Under the pieces are notes generated by a model that saw only the letters and a program-made list of their open reading frames with translations, was not told where the DNA came from and ran no database searches. Shown piece by piece: positions 1 to 11,148 of a stretch of 64,000 nucleotides of DNA (position 1 is the stretch's first letter; each line of letters starts with the position of its first letter). The DNA lies in contig DAIENX010000008.1 of the NCBI GenBank assembly GCA_027340875.1, forward strand, positions 44,284 to 108,283, in the 5' to 3' direction. The stretch is from Elusimicrobiota bacterium. GTDB lineage: Bacteria; Elusimicrobiota; Elusimicrobia; Elusimicrobiales; UBA9959. Made by a program: the position numbers and the translations under genes.

Positions 1-152
1 TGGGGGCTCCACAGCATTTTAATGACAAGCGCGTCGTTCGGTACGAAATCCGCGACATAGGAATCCTTGCCGAGCGCCAGCTGCAGCGCGTCTATCTTGG
101 TGACGGAGTGGTTGACCTGCTTGAAGTTCTTCGCTTTTTCGTGCCTGTTCAT
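1..152 (-). CDS. Molybdopterin-binding large subunit of a xanthine dehydrogenase/CoxL-family enzyme (5' part; truncated by window edge)
   Basis: Manual translation MNRHEKAKNFKQVNHSVTKIDALQLALGKDSYVADFVPNDALVIKMLWSP resembles the XdhA/CoxL N-terminus; ATGA overlap with the upstream 2Fe-2S subunit. Confidence 0.8.
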   Translation of the reverse strand, partial: MNRHEKAKNFKQVNHSVTKIDALQLALGKDSYVADFVPNDALVIKMLWSP

Positions 153-676
153 TTCCCGGCCCCCTTGGCGGAGGTTCTCTTGGCGGCGGGCTTGCCGCCT
201 TCCGCGGCGCGCCTGTCCAGGGTCCTGCGCAGGGCAACCCAGATCTTCTCGTAGCCGGTGCAGCGGCACAGGTTGCCGTCCATATATTCCTTCACGATCT
301 CGTCCTCGAAGGTCTTCTCGCTCTCCATCAGCGCGGTGGCGCTCATGACCATGCCCGGGATGCAGTAGCCGCACTGGACGGCCCCGGCGGCGACGAGCTC
401 CTTCTGGAAATCCGACGGGTTGTCGAAAGTGCCGGCGCTCTCGATGGTGCGCACCTCGCGGCCCTCGGCCTGCATCGCGTAGAGCAGGCAGGCGTAGGTG
501 GCGCGTCCGTCGAGCAGGACGGTGCAGGCGCCGCAGGTGCCCTGGCCGCAGCCGTACTTGGTGCCGCGGTAGCCTTCGCGGCGCAGCAGCGAGAGGAGCT
601 TCTCGTCGGGGCGGGTAAGGAAAGTTTTCTTTTCCCCGTTAAGGGTAAAGCTGACGGGGTGCGTTATCTTGTGCAT
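149..676 (-). CDS. (2Fe-2S)-binding small subunit, xanthine/CO dehydrogenase family (CoxS/XdhC-like)
   Basis: GCGQGTCGACTV, QCGYCIPG and GNLCRCTGY motifs. Confidence 0.93.
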   Translation of the reverse strand: MHKITHPVSFTLNGEKKTFLTRPDEKLLSLLRREGYRGTKYGCGQGTCGACTVLLDGRATYACLLYAMQAEGREVRTIESAGTFDNPSDFQKELVAAGAVQCGYCIPGMVMSATALMESEKTFEDEIVKEYMDGNLCRCTGYEKIWVALRRTLDRRAAEGGKPAAKRTSAKGAGK

Positions 677-1521
677 TATTCTACCCTCCCGCGGGCGAAC
701 TTCGCCGCCCGTTCCAGGGCGTCCAGCACGGAGACTTCAGCCAGCTGTCTTATATAATCGGCGCTCATCCCTTCCCCGCCGACCCATTTCGCCGAAGCGC
801 CAGCCGCCGCGGCGGCCGCCTCGAAGGTCGCGGGAGAGGCCTCCTTCCCCGCGAGCGCCGCCTCCACGGCCTTCAGTCGCTGCGGGAACGGTATGCCGCT
901 GCCTGCGGCCACGCGCGCTTTTTTTATCGTCCCGCCGTCCAGCTCCAGCAGGGCGGCTATGGTCACGAGCGAGAAGGCGGCCGCGTTGCGTGTGGCTTTC
1001 ACCGAGCCGAAGCCGTGGTGCGCCTTCAGCACCGGGATCTTCACCGCGGTCAGGATCTCCCCGTCCCTGAACAGCCTGGCGGGCTGGGAGGAAAAGTATT
1101 CATCGGCGGGTATTTCCTTCTCCTTGCCTGAGTAGATGACCATGCGCGCGTCCATCGCTAGCAGGACCACGGGGAGGTCCGCCCACGGGAAGACCCGCGC
1201 GATATTGCCGCCTATCGTGGAGACGTTGCGTACCTGATGGGTGGAGATGCGGCGGCAGATCTCGTGCATGGCCCAGCGCGGGCCGCGGTGGCGCTGGATG
1301 TCGGAAAGCGGGGTCGCGGCGCCTATGACGAAGAGATCTCCTTTCTGCTTTATGAAGGACAGGCCCAGGCGCGTTATGTCCACCGCCGTTATGGGGGTTT
1401 TGCCCTGCATGAAATGCAGCGCGGTGCCCCCGGCCAACGGCATACCTTTCGGCCCCAGCGCGCGCAACGCTTTTCGCGCTTCGGCGAGGGTAGAGGGACG
1501 GATAAATTCGCAAAGTTTCAT
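676..1521 (-). CDS. FAD-binding medium subunit, xanthine/CO dehydrogenase family (CoxM/XdhB-like)
   Basis: LAGGT and QVRNVSTIGGNI motifs; operon context. Confidence 0.9.
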   Translation of the reverse strand: MKLCEFIRPSTLAEARKALRALGPKGMPLAGGTALHFMQGKTPITAVDITRLGLSFIKQKGDLFVIGAATPLSDIQRHRGPRWAMHEICRRISTHQVRNVSTIGGNIARVFPWADLPVVLLAMDARMVIYSGKEKEIPADEYFSSQPARLFRDGEILTAVKIPVLKAHHGFGSVKATRNAAAFSLVTIAALLELDGGTIKKARVAAGSGIPFPQRLKAVEAALAGKEASPATFEAAAAAAGASAKWVGGEGMSADYIRQLAEVSVLDALERAAKFARGRVE

Positions 1522-1639
1522 ATTGGTCGGCTTCCTGAACAGCGGATTGGATTTCGACTAAATATAGCAGATTTGCCGAGCAGGATAAAGCCGCTCCGAG
1601 GCCAGGCGCGGAGGACCGGGGAGGCGGCATCGGGAGTGC

Positions 1640-1669
1640 TTGACACCTCCCCCCGGGGCGGTATAGACT
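1640..1669 (+). promoter_or_regulatory. Putative sigma70 promoter
   Basis: TTGACA (1640-1645), 18 nt spacer, TAGACT (1664-1669), just before ATG 1675. Confidence 0.55.
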
Positions 1670-1674
1670 GTTCT

Positions 1675-3132
1675 ATGGGGCTTATGGATATGGAGCATAA
1701 CAGCGACGCACAGCCGGTCCTTCCGCACGAGAAGGCCACGCGCATCAACCTGGACAAGCGCTTCTACGGCACCTTCGCCGAGATAGGCGCCGGCCAGGAG
1801 GTGGCGCGCTGGTTCTTCGTGGTCGGAGGCGCCTCCGGGACGCTGGCCAAGACAATCTCCGCCTACGACATGGCCTTCTCCGACGCCATCTACGGCAAGG
1901 CCGAGCGCTACGTCAGCCGCGACCGGCTGGAGAAGATGCTGGAGTACGAGTACGCGCTGCTGCTGGAACGGCTGGCGGCCGACCGCGGCGGGACGGACTG
2001 CTTCTTCGCCTTCGCGAATACCGTGGCCGCCCGCAGCTACCTCGGGAAGAAGGACTGCCACGGCTGGATGGGCATAAAGTTCCAGGGCGCTCCGAAGGAA
2101 GAGCCTTCGGAGATAATCCTGCACGTCAACATGCTGGACAAGGAGAACGTGCAGCAGCAGGTGGCCCTCGGGATAATCGGCGTCAACCTGACCTACGGCG
2201 CCTTCTACCTCAGCCGCGAGCCGGAGAAGCTGATAGCCTCGCTGCTGGACGGTCTGTCGCGGGACAGGATAGAGGTGGACATGATCCGCTTCTCAGGGCC
2301 GCGCTTCAGGAGCGTGGACAACAGGCTGATGACGCTGCAGCTGGTGGCGCAGGGCCTGACGGGGGCGGCGCTGATAGGCGCCGACGGCGGCGTGCTGCAG
2401 CCTTACGAGGTGCTCCGCAAGAAGAACATCCTGATAGAGCGCGGCAGCTTCCGCCCCGTGACCAAGGTCAACATCGACATGCTGGAGGGGGCCCGCTGCC
2501 AGTTCCAGGGAGATGTGGGGGTGGGAGCCGGGGATACCGTGGAGCTCATGGAGATAACGATGAGCAACCTGCTAAGCTCCGGCGAGATAGACCACTGCGA
2601 TTTCCTGGCCCGCGCCGACACTATAAACGCCGTCGGAAAGATGGTGCTGATCTCGGACTACGCCCAGTATTACAAGCTGGCCAACTACCTGCAGCGCTAT
2701 ACGAAGAAGCGCATAGGGATAGTCATGGGCCTGCCCAGCCTGAAGAAGCTGTTCGACGAGAAGTATTACGAGTCCCTCGACGGCGGCATCCTCGAGTCTT
2801 TCGGCCGGCTGTTCAAGAACGACCTGAAGGTCTACGTCTATCCGCAGATCGGATCGGAGCCGGGCCAGGTGGTGACCTGCGACGATTTCTCCATGGCCGG
2901 CGACCTGGAGCACCTGTTCCGCTACCTGTCCGATAACGGGCGCATCGTCCCGATAAAGGCCTTCAACAAGGATTGCCGGGGCGCCGTGTCGGGCGAGATA
3001 GTTGGCAAGATAGTATCGGGGGACGATTCCTGGGAGGAGATGGTGCCCCCCGAGGTCGCCAAATGCATCAAGGAACGCAGCTTTTTCGGCCACAAACGCT
3101 GGTGCGAGGAGGGGGAGAGGAAGGGCGCCTGA
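1675..3132 (+). CDS. Conserved nucleotidyltransferase-like protein (family usually labelled nicotinate/nicotinamide nucleotide adenylyltransferase-like, or mislabelled TonB-dependent receptor)
   Basis: Conserved N-terminus KATRINLDKRFYGTFAEIGAGQEVARWFF and later ERGSFRPVT; true start 1675-1690, not 1237. Confidence 0.7.
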   Translation: MGLMDMEHNSDAQPVLPHEKATRINLDKRFYGTFAEIGAGQEVARWFFVVGGASGTLAKTISAYDMAFSDAIYGKAERYVSRDRLEKMLEYEYALLLERLAADRGGTDCFFAFANTVAARSYLGKKDCHGWMGIKFQGAPKEEPSEIILHVNMLDKENVQQQVALGIIGVNLTYGAFYLSREPEKLIASLLDGLSRDRIEVDMIRFSGPRFRSVDNRLMTLQLVAQGLTGAALIGADGGVLQPYEVLRKKNILIERGSFRPVTKVNIDMLEGARCQFQGDVGVGAGDTVELMEITMSNLLSSGEIDHCDFLARADTINAVGKMVLISDYAQYYKLANYLQRYTKKRIGIVMGLPSLKKLFDEKYYESLDGGILESFGRLFKNDLKVYVYPQIGSEPGQVVTCDDFSMAGDLEHLFRYLSDNGRIVPIKAFNKDCRGAVSGEIVGKIVSGDDSWEEMVPPEVAKCIKERSFFGHKRWCEEGERKGA

Positions 3133-3152
3133 ACCTGCGTTCGGGGAGTAAA

Positions 3153-3186
3153 GAAAAAGCCCGCACAGGCGGGCTTTTTCCTTTTT
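3153..3186. terminator. Bidirectional intrinsic terminator
   Basis: GAAAAAGCCCGC-ACAG-GCGGGCTTTTTC between convergent genes. Confidence 0.8.
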
Positions 3187-3201
3187 CTGGCCCGGGCCGA
3201 G

Positions 3202-3699
3202 CTACTTGACCACCGGCCAGCCCGCCGCTATCCAGGCGTTGATGCCGCCCTCGATGTGGTGGATGTCGGTGAAACCCATGTTCTTCATTATGCCCAGGGT
3301 TATGCCGCTGCGGTGACCGGAACGGCAGTAGATCAGATATTTCGCGCTCTTGTCCAGCTTGGCGAGCTGGTCCTTGAAGTCCGGGGCGTAGTAGTCCATG
3401 GTCATGCTGACGGCTTCCAGGTGGCCGGCCGCGTATTCCTCCGGCGTCCTGATGTCTATCACTATCGGCTTCTTGGCCTCTATGAAGTAGTGGGCCTCGT
3501 CCGGCTTTATCTCCACCGGGAAGTCGCAGTTGCCGGGCTTGGGGTCCGCGGCCGAGGGCTGGGGGGCCTCCGGCGCCGCGGCGAAGAGGGACGCCGCCGG
3601 TACGGCCTTGGCGCTCCCGCAGAAAATGGCGCTCAGGTCCAGCGCGCGGGCCATGGCCGCCGCCGAGACAATCAACATAAAAGCAATGAACATCCTCAT
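3202..3699 (-). CDS. Exported rhodanese-domain protein
   Basis: Signal peptide; IDIRTPEEYAAGHL, YCRSGHRS and EGGINAW motifs. Confidence 0.88.
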   Translation of the reverse strand: MRMFIAFMLIVSAAAMARALDLSAIFCGSAKAVPAASLFAAAPEAPQPSAADPKPGNCDFPVEIKPDEAHYFIEAKKPIVIDIRTPEEYAAGHLEAVSMTMDYYAPDFKDQLAKLDKSAKYLIYCRSGHRSGITLGIMKNMGFTDIHHIEGGINAWIAAGWPVVK

Positions 3700-3804
3700 G
3701 GATAACCTCCGGGTCGAATGCTGACCGATGCGTATATTTTAGCAAAAAGTCCGGCCCCGTAGCCTGAGCGGGCCCGGCCGAGTTTTGGTATCATATAGAT
3801 ATAT

Positions 3805-5490
3805 ATGGCGAAGAGACCAGGCTTCACCGTGATGCTCGCCTCCGCTGCGCTGGCCGTGCATCTCTTCGCCGGCCTTTCCTTCATCTTCTCCTCCTCGGCC
3901 ACCTACGACGAGACGGTCCACCTGGCGAGCGGCTACTCTTACCTTAAGACGGGCCGCTACGCGATGAACATCATGGACCACCCGCCGCTGGCCGAGATGC
4001 TCTCCGCCCTGCCGCTGACCTTCATGAACCTGAAGTCGTTCACGGCGCATCCTTATTTCGCGAACTCCATGCCGTACCATTACGGCGACCTGTTCCTGTA
4101 CGAGAATACCGTTCCGCCGGAGCGCATCCTCAATGCCGCCAGGTGCTTCATTTTCCTGGTCTGGACCTCCGTCTTCGCCTTCTTCATCTGGTTCCTGGCC
4201 TCGCGGCTGGAGCCCGGTCCCGCCGCCGCGTTCAGCCTGGCCGTCTTCTCGCTGATGCCGGTCTTCATCTCCAACGACGCCCTAGTGACCACCGACGCGG
4301 CCGCCGCGGCCTTCTATTTCGCCTCCTTCGCCGCCGGCTGGTATTTCACGGCGGGCGGTCCCGGAGCGGCCTCTCTGTGGCGGCGCGCGGTCCTGGCCGG
4401 CGTCCTCTCGGGGCTGGCGCTGGTCTCCAAGTTCAGCATGTTCATAGTGCCGCCGATGGTCGCCGCTCTCTGGCTGGCGGATAATTACGCTTCCAGACGG
4501 ATGCCGCCAGCCAGGCTGGCGGGTTATATCACCGTCTACGCGGCCGCCTGCGTGCTGGCTGTCGCGCTGGTCTACAAGTTCGACCTCGGGCTCTACTGGA
4601 AGGGGCTTTACGCCACTCTGACCCGCCTGGACCAGGGGCGTTCCTCGTTCGCCTTCGGAAGCCATTCCGTCAGCGGGGTCTGGTGGTATTTCCCGGCCGC
4701 GCTGCTGGTGAAGACGCCCTTGGTGGCGCTAGGGGCGGCCGCAGCTGGGATCTGGCTGACGGCGAAGAACTTTCGCCGCGACTACCTCTGGCTGCTGGTC
4801 CCGCCGGCGGCATTCTTCGCGGCGGCGCTGACCGCCAAGGTGCAGATAGGCTACAGGCACATAATGCCGGTGATGCCGTTCCTGGCCGTGCTCGCCGGAC
4901 TCGCCCTTTCCAGGCTGCCAGGCAAGAAGGGAACCTGGCTGGCTTCCGGCCTCCTCCTCCTGAACGCCGCGTCGGTGCTGCGCGTCAACCCCTATTACCT
5001 GTCATATTTCAACGAGGCGGCCGGCGGCCCGTCCAGCGGTTACCGGCTGTTGACCGACTCCAACCTGGACTGGGGACAGGACGTGCCGGCGCTGGCGCGT
5101 TACCTGGCCTCGCGCGGGAACCCGCCGCTCATCTTCTCCTATTTTGGCGTCGCCCGCCCGGAAAGCCGCGGGATAGGCTATGTCCCGCTCGGCGTGGTCT
5201 CCAACGTGGAGCTGAAGGGGACGGGGGCGCAGGTCTGCTCCATGAAGGAGGTCCTGCTGGCCGTTTCCGTCACTAATTTACAGAGCACGTATTACGCGGA
5301 CAAGAGCACCTACGACTGGCTGAAGGACAGGAAGCCGCTATTCGACGCCGGCAATTCCATTTTCCTCTACGACCTGACCTCGGACGGTCCCGGCCTGCGG
5401 AAGCTGGCCGCGCTGTTCGACAGGGAGGGGCGCGATCAGGAGGCCGACTGCCTCTACGAGAATGCTGCCAAAGCGGAGAGAGCACCATGA
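3805..5490 (+). CDS. Membrane glycosyltransferase, GT39/ArnT(PMT_2)-like
   Basis: TYDETVHL, DHPPL and DSNLDWGQD motifs; many TM segments. Confidence 0.8.
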   Translation: MAKRPGFTVMLASAALAVHLFAGLSFIFSSSATYDETVHLASGYSYLKTGRYAMNIMDHPPLAEMLSALPLTFMNLKSFTAHPYFANSMPYHYGDLFLYENTVPPERILNAARCFIFLVWTSVFAFFIWFLASRLEPGPAAAFSLAVFSLMPVFISNDALVTTDAAAAAFYFASFAAGWYFTAGGPGAASLWRRAVLAGVLSGLALVSKFSMFIVPPMVAALWLADNYASRRMPPARLAGYITVYAAACVLAVALVYKFDLGLYWKGLYATLTRLDQGRSSFAFGSHSVSGVWWYFPAALLVKTPLVALGAAAAGIWLTAKNFRRDYLWLLVPPAAFFAAALTAKVQIGYRHIMPVMPFLAVLAGLALSRLPGKKGTWLASGLLLLNAASVLRVNPYYLSYFNEAAGGPSSGYRLLTDSNLDWGQDVPALARYLASRGNPPLIFSYFGVARPESRGIGYVPLGVVSNVELKGTGAQVCSMKEVLLAVSVTNLQSTYYADKSTYDWLKDRKPLFDAGNSIFLYDLTSDGPGLRKLAALFDREGRDQEADCLYENAAKAERAP

Positions 5491-6251
5491 CTAAAATACT
5501 GAAGCCGCTTATTATGCTGGTCATAACGGCGGCGGGCGGTTATGTGTGGATGACGATAATGGCCGGAGCGAAGAAGGACGCCTGTTTCGGCACCATGGGC
5601 AAGCCGGCTGTGGACGCCTGCTCGTTCATCATCCGCTGGCGCGGGGGGAGCGCGAAGGCCGATGCCCTGTACCGCCGCTCGCGCCTGTACGCGAACGGGG
5701 AATCCTGGGACGCCGAGAAAGCCGATCTCGAGGCGCTGCTGGCCATGAAGGATTCCGGCGACCTGAACAAGGAGAGGCTGAGCAACGTCTACGTCGGGCT
5801 CGCGCTGATCTACACGCGCAGGGGAGACGATTCCGCCGCGAGGAAATACTCGGAGCTCGCCGTGCAGACCGGGAACGCCGGTCAGGGCGTCTACGTTTCG
5901 CTGGCTGGAGCCTATATCGAGGCCAAGCAGTACAAGCAGGCGGTCGATCTCCTGCTGGGCGCCTCGATCCCGGAGGCAGAGAAGAAGCATCCGTACTATA
6001 ACGCCCTGGCATCCGCCTACGGCGGGATGGGGGACTATGCGCGGGCCTATTACGCCCTCAAGAAAGGGCTCGCTGTGAACGCTCCGCGGGCCGAGCTCGC
6101 CGCCACAGCCAAGCAGATGGGCCTGGTGTGCTTCGAGCTGAAGCGTTACAAGGAGGCCGAGACGTATCTTGGCTACGCCCAGCGCGCCGGTGCCGAATGC
6201 CCGGAATGCCCGCTGTTGCTTACCACTATAAGGGAATCCCTTATGCCATGA
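5487..6251 (+). CDS. Tetratricopeptide-repeat protein with N-terminal membrane anchor
   Basis: TPR-like helical repeats (YNALASAYGGMGDYARA); overlaps the upstream stop. Confidence 0.65.
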   Translation: MTKILKPLIMLVITAAGGYVWMTIMAGAKKDACFGTMGKPAVDACSFIIRWRGGSAKADALYRRSRLYANGESWDAEKADLEALLAMKDSGDLNKERLSNVYVGLALIYTRRGDDSAARKYSELAVQTGNAGQGVYVSLAGAYIEAKQYKQAVDLLLGASIPEAEKKHPYYNALASAYGGMGDYARAYYALKKGLAVNAPRAELAATAKQMGLVCFELKRYKEAETYLGYAQRAGAECPECPLLLTTIRESLMP

Positions 6252-6418
6252 GGATATTTATTTTCAAATGAAAGGCATTGGAACGCGGAGTCACGGCCTG
6301 TGGCGCGCGCTCCTGGAGAAAAGGCGACAATTACGACTGGCATATAAATTGATTTAGAGGTCTGCAAAGCGCGCCCGTATATAGTGCGAAGCGCCGCTCC
6401 GGCTGACGAATAACGACT

Positions 6419-7708
6419 ATGCGAAAAATACTTCTGACCATAACCTTGCTGGCGGCCGCCGCCAGAGCCATGGCCGGTACTTTCACTGCCAAGACCTATA
6501 TAGAGGCCGCGCTGGCGGCGTCCCCTTCAATGAAGTCCGCGGAGGAGTCCTTCCGGCAGGCCGAGAACGGCTACAAGACGTCGCTACTCGACGCGGCGCT
6601 CCCCTCGCTGACCCTGACGCTGGGCGAGACGTTCTATGACGATCAGGACACCAGGCTCAGGGCCTCCAAGACCGACGTGACCTCTTCCCTGTCCGCGTCC
6701 TGGAATCTCTACGACTCGGCTTCCAGCCCGGCTCGCCGCATAAAGACGGCCCGCCTGGACTTCGAGTCCTCGAAGCTGGTCCTGCTGAAGGCCAAGCAGG
6801 ACGAGGCGCTGAAGGCCATGGCACGATTCTATGCGCTCTACTCGGCCCAGCAGCTCACCGTGATAGCGAAGGCCAACCTGGCCTCCCGCGAGCGGCAGTA
6901 CAAGGACACCAACGAGCAGTTCAATTCCGGCACGCGCAGCCGCATAGAGGTGACGCAGAGCGAGGGCGACAAGCTGCGTAGCGAGCTTTCCGTAGCCCAG
7001 GCCGAGGCGGCAGAGGTCAAGGCCCTGATGGCTTTCAACGAACTTATCAACGCGGACCCTGAGGCCGCGCAACAGGTCTCGGTGAGCACCGAGGCCCCGG
7101 TGATAAAGCTGCCTATGCCGCGGGAGGACGTGGAGCTCGCGCTGCGGGATAACCTCGCTATCCGCATACAGCGCCTTTCGCTGGAGAAGGTCCGCTTGAC
7201 CTACAGGACCTCCGTCAACTCCGCTTTGCCCAGGCTGAGCCTGGACGCTTCCTGGACTAGGACCGGGCTGGGGGTCCTCGGCATCCCCTCCGGCGCCGGT
7301 CAGGGGAACCCGTCGTACGCGCTAGGGGCCTCCCTGCGCTTTCCGTTCGGCTTTCTCGGGGCCCAGAACTATCTTAGGACCAGGACGGCCGCCTCGCAGC
7401 TGACCTCGTCCGAACTGAACCTGGAGAACAGCGTCAGGGCCATGAAGACGGCGGTGCTGACATCGCAGAAGGACATAGAGCTGCAGGTGAAGTCCAGGCA
7501 GCTGTTGGAGTTCCAGGTCAAGGCCCAGCGGGATACCACCGATAACCTGTTGAACGAGTACTCGCTGGGAGGCGCATCCTTCCTCCAGCTGGACAGCTCG
7601 CAGGCGAAGATGCTGGACGCGGGCAATAGCCTGGTGGGGGCGGTCAACGACCTGGACCTGGCGCTGTTCAACTACAGGGCGCTGCTGGGCGAGAGGATAT
7701 GGGAGTAA
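6419..7708 (+). CDS. TolC-family outer membrane efflux protein
   Basis: Signal peptide, two OEP-like repeats; first gene of an efflux operon. Confidence 0.85.
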   Translation: MRKILLTITLLAAAARAMAGTFTAKTYIEAALAASPSMKSAEESFRQAENGYKTSLLDAALPSLTLTLGETFYDDQDTRLRASKTDVTSSLSASWNLYDSASSPARRIKTARLDFESSKLVLLKAKQDEALKAMARFYALYSAQQLTVIAKANLASRERQYKDTNEQFNSGTRSRIEVTQSEGDKLRSELSVAQAEAAEVKALMAFNELINADPEAAQQVSVSTEAPVIKLPMPREDVELALRDNLAIRIQRLSLEKVRLTYRTSVNSALPRLSLDASWTRTGLGVLGIPSGAGQGNPSYALGASLRFPFGFLGAQNYLRTRTAASQLTSSELNLENSVRAMKTAVLTSQKDIELQVKSRQLLEFQVKAQRDTTDNLLNEYSLGGASFLQLDSSQAKMLDAGNSLVGAVNDLDLALFNYRALLGERIWE

Positions 7709-7719
7709 CGGAGAGCAAG

Positions 7720-8636
7720 ATGAAAAATATCGTGAAACATTCCAAGTGGCTGGCCGGCCTCGCGCTTCTGTCGGCGCTGGGCCTGGCGGGCTATGTGCGC
7801 TACGAGAGGATGTCGGTCCGCAGAGACCTCTCGGATTTCATCCGCGAGGCCAGCCGCGGCGACCTGAAGCTGGACCTGCAGGAATCCGGGGAGCTGGTCT
7901 CAAGGGATTCGGTGGACGTTTTCCCTCCCGGGCGCGGCTTCATAGTCGAGGTGCTTAAGAAGGAGGGCGAGTACGTCGATAAGGGCGAGAAGATACTCAT
8001 GTTCAAGGGCGGCGAGCGCATAGACTCCGACCAGTACAAGCCCGTGCCGATAGCGGCCTCGCGCGCAGGCCTGCTGACGCGCTGCATAGACCGCTACGGG
8101 AGGACATCCGACGAGGTGCGCGAGGGGAACCGCGTGGACAACGCCAGCAACTGCGTCATGCGCATAGTCGACATGAATACGCTGGCGGTGAACCTGCAGG
8201 TAAGCGAGCTTAATATCTTCAAGCTTAAGCGCGGCATGCCCGTCTCTTTGACCTTTACCGCCATACCCGGCATGAAGTTCTCCGGCAGGATATACGTGAT
8301 AGCTCCGATGGCCGAGTCCAAGAACAGCGGCTGGATGGGCGGCGGCTCCAAGGTCTTCCGCGTAGTTATAAACCTGGAGCACCCGGACAAGCAGCTGCGC
8401 GTCGGCATGAGCGCCGTAGTGACGGCCGACCTGAAGGCCAAGAAGGACGTGCTGAAGGCCCCGATAGAGACGCTGTTCCAGGAGGGGCTGAACTATTATG
8501 TCTACCGGCAGAAGAAGGGTTATGAAGCGGATAAGATACAGGTCTATCCCGGCATGAGGTCCGAGGCCGAGGTGGAACTGGCGGGGCAGGTGAAGCCCGG
8601 GGACAAGCTTTTTACCGTCCTGCCGGAGACGCTTAA

Positions 8637-8640
<4 letters not shown>
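7720..8640 (+). CDS. Periplasmic adaptor (MacA/HlyD-like membrane fusion protein)
   Basis: N-terminal TM, lipoyl-like halves, LRVGMSAVV; SD GGAGAG before ATG 7720. Confidence 0.82.
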
Positions 8641-9298
<658 letters not shown>

Positions 9299-9302
<4 letters not shown>

Positions 9303-10603
9303 GAGAACTTTTCAACGCGGCGCGCACCGGCATCACCGAGATCTGGGCCCACAAGACCCGCTCGGCGCTGAGCTTCCTGGCCATAGCGGCCGGCTCCGTG
9401 GTGTTCATCGACGCGTCCTCCGCCATAGTGAACACCTATTCCAGCCTCAGGTCGCAGCGGGAGGTTTCCGGCATCGCGCGCATGAAGGTGTCGGCCAACA
9501 GCGCGATGAGCTTCTCGGACCCGGACGCCGGTTACCGGGAGTCCCCCAAGATAACGTACGACGACGTGCTCGAGCTGAGCAGAAGGATCCCCGGTCTTTA
9601 CATGGTCTCCCCGGAGGAGCGCGTCTACTGGAACGTCGTGAGCTACGGGGGCCGGCGTTACATAGCCAGTACCTACGGAGTGACTCCCGACTGGACCAAG
9701 CGAGATTTTACCTATAAGCTGCGCGGCCGCTTCATAAACAAGTACGACATGGAGCATAAGCAGCGCGTCTGCGTGCTTATCCGGAAGGCGCCGCCTCCGC
9801 CGCGCAACGACCTGCAGAAGACCTGGGAGAAGGGGTGGGGGAACATCACCGGTCCTTTCGACAACCTGTTGTCGCACGGCGACATGCTGGGGAAGACTGT
9901 GAATATGGGCGGGCTCACTTTCACCGTGGTAGGCGTGCTGGACCAGCTGCCGTATTCCGAGCGCCCCGACACCATCCTCGGGTATAACAGGGACTCCCAG
10001 GTCCTGGCCCCGCTGACTACCCTGGACAGCTACAGCAGCAGCTTCCGCACTGCCGATACGCTGGACGTCAATATAGACACCGGCGACGAGGCCACCTTCG
10101 GCGAGACGATGCGGAAGATACGGAACTTCTTCAAGATACGCTTCGGCAGCGAGGACGCCTTCCTGCTGGAGGACCAGATGGGCATGATACGCGAGACCAT
10201 CGCCAAGAGGATCAAGAACGCTCTGGTAACGATATCCCTGGGCATGCTGGCCTTCCTGGCCGGCGGCATAGGCATCATGAACGTGACCCTTGCCACCGTG
10301 TTCGCCCGCACCAGGGAGATCGGCATACGGCGGGCCATAGGCGCCAGTCGCAGGGATATCATGCTGCAGTTCATGGTCGAGGCGGTAATGCTCGGTACCA
10401 TAGGCGGCGTGCTCGGTTCCGCGCTGGGCTGGCTTTGGGACGGACCGATAAAGGTGATACTGGGGATGGGCGGCAGTCACATAGAGGCCTGGATCCCGCT
10501 GGCTTCGGTCCTGATAGCCGCCTTTACCGCTTTCGCCTTCGCCATCTACCCGGCCTGGGTAGCGGCCAGCCTGAATCCCGCCGACGCGCTGCGCGCGGAA
10601 TAG
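9299..10603 (+). CDS. ABC transporter permease (MacB/FtsX family)
   Basis: GGIGIMN, RTREIGIRRAIGA and YPAWVAASLNPADALR motifs. Confidence 0.92.
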
Positions 10604-10604
10604 C

Positions 10605-11111
10605 GTGAAGCCGGTAAGGTCCTTTCCTCCCTCGGCGGGCCGTTCGGCCCGCATCCTGGTCCTGGGCAGCATGCCGGGCGAGGCCTCTCTGCGCGCCGGG
10701 CAGTATTACGCCCACCCGCGCAACGCCTTCTGGCTGATAATGGAGGATATCTTCGGTCCGGCCGGCCCCGTATACTCCCGCAGGCTCGCCCTGCTGAAGC
10801 GCAACGGAGTGGCGTTGTGGGACGTGCTCGGTTCCTGCGTCAGACCGGGAAGCTCCGACGCCGCAATAAGACGCTCCTCCATCCGGCATAACGATATCGC
10901 AGGTTTCCTTTCGGCGCATCCAGGGATAGAACGGGTGGTCTTTAACGGCTCCAAGGCGGAGGAATGCTTCAGGCGCCGCGTTCTGCCGGACCTTCCTGTC
11001 CGGTTTTCACGTCTGGAATACCTGCGCCTGCCTTCCACCAGCCCGGCGTACGCCTCGGTCCCGTACTCGGCCAAGCTGAGCGCCTGGCGCCGGGCCCTGA
11101 CCCGGGAGTGA
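10605..11111 (+). CDS. DNA-deoxyinosine (hypoxanthine) glycosylase, UDG family 6
   Basis: ILVLGSMPG, YYAHPRNAFW and LPSTSPA motifs. Confidence 0.9.
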   Translation: MKPVRSFPPSAGRSARILVLGSMPGEASLRAGQYYAHPRNAFWLIMEDIFGPAGPVYSRRLALLKRNGVALWDVLGSCVRPGSSDAAIRRSSIRHNDIAGFLSAHPGIERVVFNGSKAEECFRRRVLPDLPVRFSRLEYLRLPSTSPAYASVPYSAKLSAWRRALTRE

Positions 11112-11148
11112 ATTCCGGGCCGCGGCCGTCAATTTGTATACTGATATC

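Noticed and set aside
1237..1674. N-terminal extension of the 631-aa ORF
   Set aside because: Overlaps the minus-strand FAD subunit; promoter-like sequence and family similarity begin near 1675.
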